The notes beneath the pieces are model-generated. The model was not told where the DNA came from and searched no databases. It saw only the letters and a program-made list of their open reading frames with translations. Position numbers and translations under genes: made by a program. A stretch of DNA of 64,000 bases from Chiloscyllium plagiosum (Eukaryota), in the NCBI RefSeq assembly GCF_004010195.1, contig NC_057719.1:37324138-37388137 (forward strand), given 5' to 3'. Below, one piece after another: positions 39,563-51,211 of this stretch. Positions within the stretch are counted from its first letter, which is position 1; each line of letters opens with the position of its first letter.

Positions 39563-41019
39563 ATGAAGAAGCTGTGGTTATAGAGCGGGGTAAACAGGAA
39601 TGTGGAGTCAAGGCTTCAATCAGATCAGCCATGGTCTTATCAGACAGTGAAGCATGCTCAAGGAACTAATTTACATCTGCCAGTTAATGTGTAAATACAA
39701 CAAGCTCCAATTCTGCCTGGACTGCTGCCTTTGGATACAAACCTCAACTTACATGGCATTGAGTTATTTTCAGATAGTTCTGTAATGCATAGTCAGGGTG
39801 CATTCTGAACATGTATTCAGGAATAGATATATACTGCAGGACACTGGGAAGTTCGTGTTTCAGCATCACAGAAAATCAGTGGTAAATCTCCACAACCCAA
39901 AGTTGCTGGGTTCTCAAAGTTGCTTAATTGGCATCGATACTACTTTGCAAGTGCTTTTTTTTTAACCCTCTCACCTTCATGAGCAGAAGGCTTCCAGTTA
40001 TTTAACATGCAGAAAGTGTTTAACAGCAAACAAGGGAGGCTGCAAATCAGCCAAACCTTGCTGGTTTATGATATACGTATCCTTTGGAATTCACCCCTCT
40101 CTATATGTATCTATAGCCTGTCTATGTAAAGGACCACCCTTTACTCTTAGGGATAATAACTCCAACTAAGAGATGCAGAGGAGTACAAACAAACGATGTG
40201 GCACATATTTCTATAATAAATAAAGATGTCTGAGATGTAAACAGACACATTCACTATTTACTGGATAGAACAGCACTGCAGAATGCTCTAACGTACATGC
40301 CCCAACTATATCATTTCTAATCTTATAACTTTCCAAACGTTATTTTTTGACTGGTGTAAGTTTTAATTTTTTTAATCACTTCCAAGAGACTACATAAAGT
40401 AAAGATTCAGTGGGGAGAGGATATATTGTAGTGCACAAGACAACATAATTATTTGGGTTAGGCTGGATAAATGTAGCTATTTTGCTTTCTTTAATTTTTT
40501 TTTTAATATGTTTACAGAAGTTATGATGGAGCTAGTGATTTCTACTTCTCTGGAGTTTTGAACTGAGTATCCTAGTATTACCTCCTACATGGTCAGTACT
40601 TCAAGAAGAAAAGGTGAATGAGTGCCAAATGCTGCCACTCTGAGAAAAAAATCAGTCTTATGTACATATATTGCAACTCTCATATCTCACTGGGCCCTGG
40701 ATCAATTTGCCCCCAAATCTTTCTGCTCCTTTCCTCTGTTCATAATCAGCAAACTGGTTGATTTAATTACAGCCACTATAGGTGCTCCAGCAAATATATG
40801 AACAAGCTGAAACAGGAAATGTGCCATATATAACACTATAGACCACCAATGGATATTGTTTCAGTTTGTTGCAAATTCGGTGTAATGGAATTATAGAGCT
40901 ACAATGTCTGTTACAATGTGTATGACTGACATTTGCCCAGTATTTACCGAACAGAGTGGCATTCAAGCAAAATATTTCAGGGAAGCGTCATTAAATTGCT
41001 TGTGTGTGGCACATCATGT

Positions 41020-41357
41020 CACAGAATCATAGAGATGTACAGCACGGAAATAAATTCTTCAATTCAACTCGTCCATGCCAACCAGATATTCCAACCCAAT
41101 CTCGACCCACCTGCCAGCACCTGGCCCATATCCTTCCAAACCCTTCCTGTTCATATACCCATCCTGATGCCTTTTAATGTTGCAATTGTACTAGCCTCCA
41201 CCACTTCCTCTGGCAGCCCATTCTACACACGTACCACCCTCTGCGTGAAAATGTTGCCCCTTAAGCCTCTTTTATATCTTTCCCCTCTCATCCTAAACCT
41301 ATGCCCTTTAGTTCTGGACTCTTCCACCCCAAGGAAAAGACCTTGTCTATTTACCCA
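41020..41357 (-). mobile_element. CR1/HER1-type LINE 3' end
   Basis: ORF 41223..41501 ESRTKGHRFRMRGERYKRGLRGNIFTQRVVRV. Confidence 0.9.
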
Positions 41358-41720
41358 ATGTCTTCTTGACTTTTGCCTCAAATCTTTGAAAAATGTCTCC
41401 ATTATTGCATTTTTTAAATTAGCTTCTAGTCTGAAGTAATCTCTTGACATCTTAACAAAGTTAAGTGTATGAAATATACCATCATCACTACCATGAGGCA
41501 AAAGAATGTCAGCACCCTAGTTTGCTATTACTATTATAGACAAGGTAATACGTAAAGCAATGAGAATAGGTGCAATTGATTGCAGCATTAAAGCTACTGT
41601 TTGTGGATTGTGGAGGCTGTGACATTAGGGGGCAGTGCCTTTAGACAGGATGGAGCTCATAAAACACTCATTTACCACCAGACTCCAACAACTTCACAAA
41701 ATTCCTTTGCCAGGTTAGTA

Positions 41721-42032
41721 TGGGGTGGCTCAGTGGTTAGCACTGCTGCCTCACAGCACCAGGGTCCCAGGTTGAATTCCAGCCTCAGGTGACTGTCTGT
41801 GTGAAGTTTGCACATTCTCCCTGTGTGTGCGTGTGTTTCCTCTGGGTGCTCTGGTTTCCTCCCACAGTCCAAAGATATGCAGGTCAGGTGGATTGGCCAT
41901 GCTAAATTGCCCATAGTGTTAGGTGCATCATTCAGAGGGAAATGGGTCTGGGTGGGCTATCCTTTGCAGGATTGGTGTGGACTGGTTGGGCCGAAAGGCC
42001 TGTTTCCACACTGTAGGGAATTTAATCTAATC
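41721..42032 (+). mobile_element. HE1/V-SINE-type SINE
   Basis: Same family head, core and tail. Confidence 0.9.
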
Positions 42033-42658
42033 TTAAATAAGGGACCGGTTTCTTAAGTATGAAAAACATGCATTCAATTAGATCTACAATACATCAGAAA
42101 TTGTGCTAAAGTGTTACAGATGCTATAAGGAGGTTGGATTGGGCTGATGGTTCTTTTGTGTTCTTAGTTGTTAAGAAACACAAGATCTAATAAGTAACTG
42201 GGGAAATAATTTCTGCAAAGCAACAATAAGTCTACAAGTTTCATCAGTCAGCAAGATGTAACGCAATACCGCAAACTCGCAAAACAATGCTTAGATTCGT
42301 ACATTTCCAAATGTTAACAAAGATTTTACTGCATGTATATTACACAATGGAGATTTAAAAAATCAAAATGAAAACAGACATTCACTTTTCAAACAGGTTA
42401 CTACATGATTTTGGTCAGAATGGAATTTAAAAAGCAAAAATGTAAAACGATATCCATCAAAAATCGTAAAAATAGGAATTAGCCCAGGGGACATTTCCAC
42501 ACAGGAGTGTCTAGTACATCCATCATTTTATTAAATAATTTTCATAACCAAATCTGCTATTTTTACCATTTTGTGTAGCTTATTGAAATGAAAATTATTT
42601 AGCTGTACATAATTAAGGCTAAATAATTCAACACTGGCACCTAGAAGCTGAAGGATAC

Positions 42659-42788
42659 ACCCAGTCTAGCTTCAGCTTTTTGGCTGCAAGTTCACCTTTA
42701 TCTTCCAAACTGTAGGTTTCCTTAATAACTTGGGGCATATACATGGTGATTGGACGTCCACGCAGGAACATTTTTACATATCCTTCCT
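42659..42788 (-). CDS. EML1: EML1 exon, 130 nt, start of HELP motif (EEGYVKMFLRGRPITMYMP...KLKLDWV)
   Basis: ttttatag| acceptor; U12-type donor |GTATCCTT; overlaps ORF 42628..42819. Confidence 0.96.
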
Positions 42789-43279
42789 CTATAAAAAGGA
42801 CAGAGAATATCATGATCATTTTTTGAACACTTGTATTAGACGTTATGTAGGTAAAATAATATCAGATAAGGAACATTCAGGGGAACAAAGAGGAAAAAAA
42901 TTAAAGTACAGCCAACACCAGTCTTTGATTTAAAATTGTAATTGTCTTTATTATATGAAAGATTTCATACAATATCATTACATGCAGTGAATGTTGCTAA
43001 TGTTAAAAATAATTAGGTAAAATTATACAAAATGCAACAATATGTGACCACATTCCATAAATTCAAAATAGAATCGGTGGCACATGCTATTGAATCAATA
43101 TTATACATGCCAAAACAAAGAATTTAGTGCAGAAAACACAGTGTGCAGAAGAAAGAAAGCATGACATGAGCAAAACCTGACATAGAAATGTGCAGGGCAG
43201 ACACACAGAGAAGAAAATAAAGCAAAACAGGTTTAATTCCTTACAGCCCATCAAATACTTAATTGTAGAAATTAAGGAG

Positions 43280-43566
43280 TTAAAAATAGATCTGGAAGTA
43301 CTGGCTTGGGGGTTTAAGTGGGCTAATCAAACTTGGAGACCTTGACATGGCAGTAGGGCTGATGAGAATCTGACTTGGGCTTTTAGGAAGTGGTAGGGTC
43401 AGAGAAGGTAACTTGTGAGTTCCAAGCATCCCAACAGTTTTAGTGGAGGTTGGTCCAGATTCTTGAAGAGGTGGTTCTTGGTTCGATAGCAAACTAGCTT
43501 GTTCAGCACTGCTGTCAGGAGAATCAGTCAGCTTTGTAGACTGAATCAGCATTATCTGTACCAAAA
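43280..43566 (-). CDS. EML1: Candidate EML1 alternative terminal exon, about 95 aa, Ser/Pro-rich (VLVQIMLIQ...SPLKPPSQYFQIYF*)
   Basis: AG-free pyrimidine-rich tract then catgtag|; phase 1 is in frame with the upstream exons; ORF 43280..43564; AATAAA on the minus strand at 42947-42952. Confidence 0.65.
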
Positions 43567-44840
43567 CTACATGGAATTGTCGTGTACGTATATAGATAGG
43601 AGGATAGAAGTAATAAAATCATTACCAGGTGATCATAACATCTAATGGACACCATATTTAATATCTAATTGTGTTAATGAAGAAAAGTTTTCGTTATTGC
43701 AACATGTTGTTTTACAATCTCTCAGTTACAGAAACACCATTACTACAAACTAAAGGATAAAGATACACAAGCATACACCTCAATTATCTGTCTCTTTTTA
43801 AACAATGTAAGCATTCGTAACTTATTCCAGTTTTCTTATCTCGGTAGCATTTCACTTTAAATTAAAATTGTCATTGTCACAAAACTGCAAAGAACACGCC
43901 CAAAAATTATCCTTTTCACATTTGAGAAAATTGAATGATACTGTGCTGTGAAGATAAGAATACTGAACAGACAGCCAAAGTGCTAGGTCTGTGCAATAGT
44001 GGGAAATGGAAGATAATGAGTCAGCATTCCATTTTACATTCCTCCCAATTTTTATTTTCTTTACCTTCAATCATGATCACATTTCCCCTATCATCCAAAC
44101 TCAGCATTATGTCCACTGCTAACACAAGAAGCTTTAAATTAGACACCACAAAATCAATGGTCACCCAAGCTAAGCTTGTATGTTACTCAATAAATAGGAT
44201 TTGCTACTAAGAGAATGACTATGTTTAGTTTTGGGTTTTGTCTACTAGCATGCATGAGATTTTTGACAAGGTTACTCCTGACTGGGAGTTATGTCTTTTG
44301 TACTAAATTTGGATCAGCTGCTAGAATTTATTTTTAAACATTAGTACATTTTGACAAACTCTCATGCACATCTTACAAACTGACAGTACAGCCTGAAAGG
44401 TGATTATTTTTCAAGGACTAGTGGATTTATGCAAACCTTTCAAAAGCAAGCAACACTACATTACATGTGGCATAGCTCTCTGCACGTCAGTCACATGACT
44501 GAACAAGCCAAATTCAAAGACAACACAGGATCTAGGAGTTCTTCAGGAGATTTATTCATTATTCCACTGACTCCTCCCACTCCCAAGTCTTCCCTCACCC
44601 CCTGAACCTTAGTTGACAAAATAAAAAATGTTCAGGGTGATTATGGCTCCTGTAAAAGTCTGATTAATGCAATTGGAAAGTTTGGTTGCATGAAAAGTGA
44701 TATCCAGATACGAAAGCTTTGCATTTCAAAGAAAATGTAAGCGTGCTTGCAGAAGAGGCTGTGTGTGCATGTGAATGAGACCTGACAGCTAGGAAACAGG
44801 TACGTTCAGAGAGCTAGAATATTGCACAAATGAGACCTAC

Positions 44841-44867
44841 CTTTGCAATGCATCACACGGCGCTTCC
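44841..44867 (-). CDS. EML1: Candidate EML1 27-nt cassette microexon (GKRRVMHCK)
   Basis: Pyrimidine tract + cacaag|, strong donor AAG|gtaggt, phase 1-1, frame-preserving, in non-repetitive sequence. Confidence 0.7.
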
Positions 44868-45616
44868 CTTGTGATTACAGAGATAGAGACAGAAGTGCTA
44901 GATAAAGATGTGTATGAGGAAAGTCAGGTTCACCTAGCACCTGTTCTAAGGACTGAACAGCCACATTCATTTACAGCTTCTAAATAACCTCACATAAAAC
45001 ATGGAATTTTGAGTACTTCACTTATCTTGGCACATTTAGACGTTTTCATAATTCTATACATGCAAATGTCATTAATAATTTGCTGCAAAGCAATAAACTC
45101 TCAATCCCTTAAATACTAAAAGAATATATTGACATGGTTATCCCAAAGGTTCACCAGATATGACTTATTGAAATATTCTACATTAATAAATACATTGACT
45201 GGGCCAGCTGTTTAGCAGCTGCCCATTCATATCAGACATTTGGACAGTCTCTCTCTCTCTCTCTCTCCTTTAGGAGCATAGAATATATTAATGACAGAAG
45301 AACAGATTTATTCAAGTTTCAGACTCATTGATATTTATTTAAATATAGCAAATATAAACCCTAAACAGAACAAGAAAGCTTCTAGACTAAGACTGATGGC
45401 AGTAATCTTATAGAAGTATCTTTCCAAGTACTCCTAATGAATACCCCTTACTGTGGGGAACAATAGAACCTAAAACTATTAGACTCTCTCTTTTTATTTT
45501 CTCTTGTTTCTTTTATCCCCTCCCACCAACTGATACACCACTTCCAATTCTCCCATGTATTTGATTCTTGCAGCCCTGATCCTAATCCATCACTATACCT
45601 CCTTCCTAATTTTTTT

Positions 45617-45935
45617 TTAGAATTAGAATTCCTACATTGTAGAAACAGGCCCTTCGGCCCAACAAGTCCACACCAACTCTCTGAAGAGTAACCCACCCAG
45701 ACCTATTCCTCTACCCTATAGTTACGCTTGACTAATGCACCTAACCTACACATCCCAGAACACTATGGGTAATTAGCACATCTTTGGATTGTGGAAAGAA
45801 ACCGGAGAACCGGAGGAAACCCACGCAGACACGGGGAGAATGTGCAAACTCCACACAGACAGTCACCTGAGGTTGGAATCGAACCTGGATCCCTGGCGCT
45901 ATAAGGCAGCAGTGCTGACCACTGAGCCACCGTGC
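45617..45935 (-). mobile_element. HE1/V-SINE-type SINE
   Basis: Same family head, core and tail. Confidence 0.9.
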
Positions 45936-46061
45936 TGTCCCCTACTGACACCCCAAGAATTACTCTTGAATTAGGACACACCCAGCAATCTGCGATGAGG
46001 GAACAAGGTGCCCTAACCATTTGAATACAAACAGCAACCCAAACTGCCAAACCCTGTTCTC

Positions 46062-47086
46062 TCTCCATCTGAGGAGCAGGAGGATCAAAGTTTTGGGCAT
46101 AACCCTTCATCAGGAATGAGGCTTGTGGGCCGGGGGGGGCGCTGAGAGATAAATGGGAGGGTGGGGTTGGGGGAAGGTAGCTGAAAATACAATAGGTGGA
46201 TGAAGGTGGGGAGAAGATGATAGGTTGGAGAGGAGGGTGGAGCAGATAGATGGGAAAGGCAATGTTCAGGTCAGGAGCGCAGTGTTGAGTTGGAGGCTAG
46301 GGACTGGGATAATGTGGGGGTGGGGACGGGAAATGAGGAAACTGGTGAAATCCACTTTAATCCCATGTGATTGCAGGGCCCCAACGTGGAAGATGAGGCA
46401 TTCTTCCTCCAGGCATCATGTGGTAAGAGTTTGGCCATGGAGGAGGCCCAGGACCTGCATGTCTTTGGCAGAGTGGGAGGGGGAGTTGAAGTGTTCAGCC
46501 ACAAGGCAGTAGGGTTGGTTGGTGCGGGTGTCCCAGAGATGTTCTCTGAAACCATCTGCAAGTTGGCATCCTGTCTTCCGGATGTAGAGGAGAACACATC
46601 GGGTGTAACGGATACAGTAGATGACATTGGTGGAGGTACAGGTAAATTTCAGTCGGATATGGAAGGATCCTTTGGGGCCTTGGTCGGAGGTAAGGGGAGC
46701 GGTGTAGGCACAGGTTTTGCACTTCCTGCGGTGACAGGGGAAGGTGCCAGGAGTGGGGTGTGGGCTAGTGGAGGATGTGGATCTGACAAGGGAGTCACAG
46801 AGGGAATGGTCTCTCTGGAACGCTGTCTTGTCCATCACCTTTCCCATCTATCCGCTCCACCCTCCTCTCCGACCTATCACCTTCATCTACCTATCGCATT
46901 GTCAGCTACCTTCCCCCAACATCCCCCAACCACCCCCTCACTCCCCCCCAACCCCTAGCCCCCTCATTCCTGATGAAAGGTTTATGCCCGAAACATTGTT
47001 CCTCAGATGCTGCCTGACCTGCTGTACCTTTCCAGCACGATACTCTTGCCTCTGATCTCCAGCATCTGCAGTCCTCACTTTCTCCT
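46062..47086 (-). mobile_element. Penelope-like element (second family): GIY-YIG remnant with a pLTR and an inverted pLTR
   Basis: ORF 46416..46847: PGTFPCHRRKCKTC...FTCTSTNVIYCI...LYIRKTG...FREHL...VAEHFN; hammerhead motifs near 46090-46113 (-) and 46970-46997 (+). Confidence 0.9.
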
Positions 47087-47539
47087 GTTCTCTTACCATT
47101 CTTCCTGTGTAGCAGGCCTTCACCCCATTCTCAGAAATACTACATTCACTTGGTTCTATTCTTAAATACAGCTTAACAAATCAGAGATGAAGCATCACCA
47201 ACAGGATCCTCCCTGAAGTCTCACAAGGACACAACATTTGCATCCCCCTCATTTTCATCTGCCTACCTCTAGGTAACATGATTTGCAGATATAAGGGCAG
47301 CATTTAGAAGTATGTTAATGATATAGAGCTCTAACTTTCCACCTCATCTCTCGACCAAACCTCCGAATCAATGTTTTCATATTGCTTGTAGGGCAACATA
47401 CTAGAAATTCTAACCCTGTTTAGATTCCTTCCTGGCCTTGCCAGTCCCCATCAATATAAACCTCTCCAGTCTGACAGGCCCTTCCACAACTGCCATTCCA
47501 CTCACTTGGGCTTCTGGTGCATCCCCCCTTCCCTTTATT

Positions 47540-47760
47540 CTAAGAGTCAGTCATGCCTTCAGATGTCCAGGTCTCAAATGAAATTCTGTCCACAAACCCC
47601 TCTAATAGGTTACATCTTTTACATTCTTGACAACTGTCAGTAAATGTATCTTTAACCAAAATGGCTGGTTCTGCTGATACCTCTTCCTGTGAAGCATCTT
47701 TGATGTGACGTGTTTTCCATACCACAGGGGCTGTGAATGAACAAATATTGTTGCTATCTA
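47540..47760 (-). CDS. EML1: Candidate EML1 alternative exon (VDSNNICSFTAPVVWKTRH...EGMTDS*)
   Basis: CTAAC branch-like motif + ttccctccccaacacag|; phase-1 frame open for about 73 codons; stop TAG directly followed by AATAAA. Confidence 0.4.
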
Positions 47761-47969
47761 CTGTGTTGGGGAGGGAACCAGTTAGAGGTTAGCTTTCTAG
47801 TGCTAAGCAGCTAGCAGAAGGACTGGGGAAACAGGTATGTATGTGTGAAGATGAAGAACCAGGTATGTGAATAAGTGGGGTAATATTTATATGTGTGGTT
47901 TCTTTTATTGTAGCTTTTGGCTGAGTACGTCCTACTCTTAAGAAGAACTTCTACATGTAGAATTGATTT

Positions 47970-48320
47970 GGAGAATGCCTTTATGACCTTGGATCATTCT
48001 TAAGTGCTTTTGGCCAATGACGTACTTTTAGAGTATTCTCACTGTTATAATGCAGGAAGCTTCGTTACCCATTTGCACACAGCCAGGTCCACAAACATTG
48101 ATGAGATGCATGCCTAAATAGTGTGTTTTAGTGACTTTAGTTATGGGATTAACATTGGTCTGGACACTAAGGAGATTCCATCACTCTTTTTTTTTGAATA
48201 GTGCCAAGGTTGTTTTGTTTACGTATAGAGAGAGCAGACAGGGACTTGGGTTAACATTGCATCTGAAAGACGGGGACCTCTAACAGAGAATTCTCTATTA
48301 GTATTGCGCTTAAGCCTGGA
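47970..48320 (-). mobile_element. Deu-domain SINE relic (AmnSINE1/SacSINE1-like)
   Basis: Minus strand ccgtctttcagatg...ccctgtctgctctctc...tggcactattc...gtgtccagaccaatgttaatccc matches the Deu core as I recall it. Confidence 0.7.
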
Positions 48321-48950
48321 ATACCAATACAACGGTCCTATCCTTGACTGGATTCCTATGGGAAGCACTGTGTAGACATCATTTATTCCATTGTGGACAC
48401 CAAAGGGAGGAGAAATGGTTAGTATGAAACTTCCTAAAGACTACACATGCAATGTATCCTAGTTGAAGAAGATATGTGAAAATGCATAAGTCCTGAAAAG
48501 GTGGGTGGGCAAATTGGAAGGGGAGAGACAGGAAACCTCAGAAAACACACTCTTGATAGCAATTATCTTTAACAAATGTATCAAGCAAAAGAAAGGATAC
48601 ACTGTTTCAGTATCATATTGTGACTCATTATTGTTTAACACAAAACTTATGTCTCAGCGTCAGTCAGTAGGTCCCACATGGTTTCTATCTCAGCAATTTT
48701 ATGAATGCCTGATGTGATGACACACTGCTGTGGTATTCTGGTTTAATCCTTATCCCTAGCTTTCCAAAATTAGGTATTTGAAAATGTAGGAAAATGAAAA
48801 GCAAGAGATTTCATTTCAAAAAGAAAGGAAATCAAATTAGAAAAAGATGTAAAGCACAAAAAAGATAAAGAATGTCATACTTTCACAACAATTGAAACAA
48901 ACACTTTGGAAAACTGCTACTGAAAAGGAATTAATTTTTGAGCTACTCAC

Positions 48951-48979
48951 CTGCATTAAAGAGAGGATCCTTGGGCTTG
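48951..48979 (-). CDS. EML1: EML1 29-nt exon (S-KPKDPLFNA-E)
   Basis: tctttcacag| and |gtgagt; phase 2-1 bridges the neighbouring exons exactly. Confidence 0.92.
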
Positions 48980-49236
48980 CTGTGAAAGAAATAATATTAG
49001 ACTGAATCTCTACACCATTAGTATCTCTTACATTAGATTGCTTATAATAACAGCATAATTACTTTTCTAGTCCAAAAAAAAGTTGAAAAAATGAGTTGGA
49101 ACTCCCCTTAAAGCTGTCACAACACCACTGGCAGGCTATCATCCACAGTACATGGGACACTTAGTCAATTCAGCTACTTGTAGCTCATCAAGCACAGAAG
49201 TGCAAAAGATACCAGATTCAGCTGGCCTTCACAATA

Positions 49237-49551
49237 GGGGCGCCACGATGGCTCAGTGGTTAGCACTGCTGCCTCACAGTGCCAGAGACCTGGGTTTGAT
49301 TCCCACCTCAGGTAACTGTCTGTGTGGAGTTTGCAGATTCTCCCTGTGTCTGCGGGGGTTTTCTCTAAGTTCTCCGGTTTCCTTTCACAATCCAAAGATG
49401 TGCAGGTCAGATGAATTGGCCATGCTAAATTGTCCATATGTTAGGTGCATTAGTCAGGGGTAAGTATAAAGTAGGGGAATGGGTCTGGATGGGCTACTCT
49501 TCAGAGGGTCGGTGTGGACTTGTTGGGCCATTCTGTAGGTAATCTAATCTA
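49237..49551 (+). mobile_element. HE1/V-SINE-type SINE
   Basis: Same family head, core and tail. Confidence 0.9.
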
Positions 49552-50638
49552 TTGACATGATGTCAAATTAATTCAACAACTATTGGTCACCCTGCATCAA
49601 TCTATCAGCATTATCTACTCAAGATGATCACATAGTAGCCACTGAGCTGAATCTTGGGGGATGGTGTGTCCAGTACCTGCCAGAGTGAAATGCTGGTTGA
49701 GAGCTCACCCATGAAAAAGTCATCTGCTGCACAGCCATTTCATGGTGTATTAAGTCTCTGTTGAGACCTTCACCTTTATTTGAAGTGTATGGTCCACCTT
49801 AGAGAGTTACCAGCCATTCCAACGGACCTATATTCCCAACATGGTCTGAATGGTAAACATTGCTGGGACTACAGCCAGTTCACAAAGAGGAGGAAGTTTG
49901 GAAGTTGCATTGCAGTTTAATCTGGGGTATTGTGGGACGTGGCTAGCAGACTCCAAAAATGGGCAAAAGGAGGTGGAGTGTAAAGAGGTGGGGAATGTCT
50001 CCAATAGGCATAGAGGACCACCAGAAAGAAGGGTCCCACCTTCTTACTTGACACCCCACTCACACACAAAAATTTGACCCAGCTTTGTCTGGGTCTCACC
50101 ATGCCACAGAGAGGATAGTGATGGGAGCAAGACAGGGCTCTGAAGTGGTCATTAATTAGCTACCTAAAGGCCTCAAGAGCAAGTGTTGTTCAACACTTCC
50201 ACCAGTCCCTTCAAACAAGCTGGCAGAGGGCCACAAAATCCAGACTATTGAAACCTGAAATCAACCTTTATTTAGTGGCCCTATAAATTCAAGTCATTTC
50301 ATAACAATTCAAACTTCACAGATGTAAATTAACACTCTTTACTGTTACTTTTGAGAAAACATATTTCAAATTTTCCTCCTGTCTGAGTAATACCCCATGG
50401 TGCTGCACAAGAGAGTAATAAATCCTCTCATGTCAATAGGTTTACTTCAGATTGCGCTCTTTGAGCTCGAAGGAAGTGGTGTTTTTCTCCCCAGCTTACG
50501 CTACCTTACTATGGAAGCTAGGAAGTCACAAATAACATGTGAATCTTTTTTTTTCATGAATTAAGACAATTAAACCTCAGTTTAATATTACAGATGGAGC
50601 AAGAATGTGAGAAACTATAAATAAGCACTTTCATTTAC

Positions 50639-50773
50639 CTGTCGCTGGTTTTTTTCCCACTGGAACCACTGCTAGTTGAGCCAGTGCGGGTCCTGCTGTT
50701 CTTTGACTCTCCAAAGCTTTCTCTACGTGCAACAGATGACACTCGCTCAGAAGAGTTGCTTCTCTTCACAGAA
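50639..50773 (-). CDS. EML1: EML1 exon, 135 nt (basic Ser/Arg-rich region: SVKRSNSSERVSSVARRESFGESKNSRTRTGSTSSGSSGKKTSD)
   Basis: aaatgcag| acceptor, |gtaaat donor, open frame, phase 2-2. Confidence 0.92.
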
Positions 50774-51009
50774 CTGCATTTAAAAATATGGCTCATTAGC
50801 TGAAACTTTAATGTCTGTGCTGCAGTTATATTTAGTTGAGAACCAGCTTCTCATTTCAAATGCAGTGTTCTCCAATGATACAGCAGCTTTCTTCAGATTT
50901 TACTTCAAGGCAATGTAAATATACTACAGTTAAGGAAAAACTGAATATATTAAAAGCCTACATCTTAAATACCAAGAAACCAAGTTGTCAAGGTTGTTCT
51001 TATTGGAGG

Positions 51010-51211
51010 TAAAAACAATGACTGCAGATGCTAGAAACCAGATTCTGGATTAGTGGTGCTGGAAAAGCACAGCAGTTCAGGCAGCATCCGAGGAGCAGTA
51101 AAATCGACGTTTCGGGCAAAAGCCCTTCATCAGGAATACAGGCCGAGTGCCTGAAGGGTGGAGAGATAAATGAGAGGAGGGTGAGGGTGGGGAGAAAGTA
51201 GCATTGAGTAC
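51010..51211 (-). mobile_element. Penelope pLTR 3' fragment with hammerhead motif
   Basis: Minus strand reads cctgatgaagggcttttgcccgaaacgtcg...gatgctgcctgaactgctg; similar to about 46090-46200. Confidence 0.82.

Larger units (their letters stand above)
38090..39680 (+). mobile_element. Old CR1 LINE RT-3' relic carrying a pLTR fragment and a SINE insertion
   Basis: Degenerate EHGFVEGQSCL, VTSGVLQGSVL and AKFADATK motifs. Confidence 0.8.
26596..42658 (-). other. U12-type (minor spliceosome) GT-AG intron
   Basis: 5' site GTATCCTT (plus strand 42651-42658); branch point TCCTTGAC (plus strand 26607-26614) about 10 nt from the AG; no polypyrimidine tract. Confidence 0.93.
585..50773 (-). other. 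EML1: EML1 gene span (partial; the 5' exons and the last 3' exons lie outside the window)
   Basis: 16 exons with GT-AG boundaries and matching phases. They translate to SVKRSNSSERVS...KPKDPLFNA-EEGYVKMFLRGRPITMY...LKLDWVYGYRGRDCR...GHSSFITHLDWS, recognisable as EML-family HELP+WD40 and closest to EML1 as I recall it. Confidence 0.93.

Noticed and set aside
44841..44897. 57-nt version of the microexon using the upstream TAG acceptor
   Set aside because: It contains an in-frame TAA in the required phase, so it could only be a poison variant.
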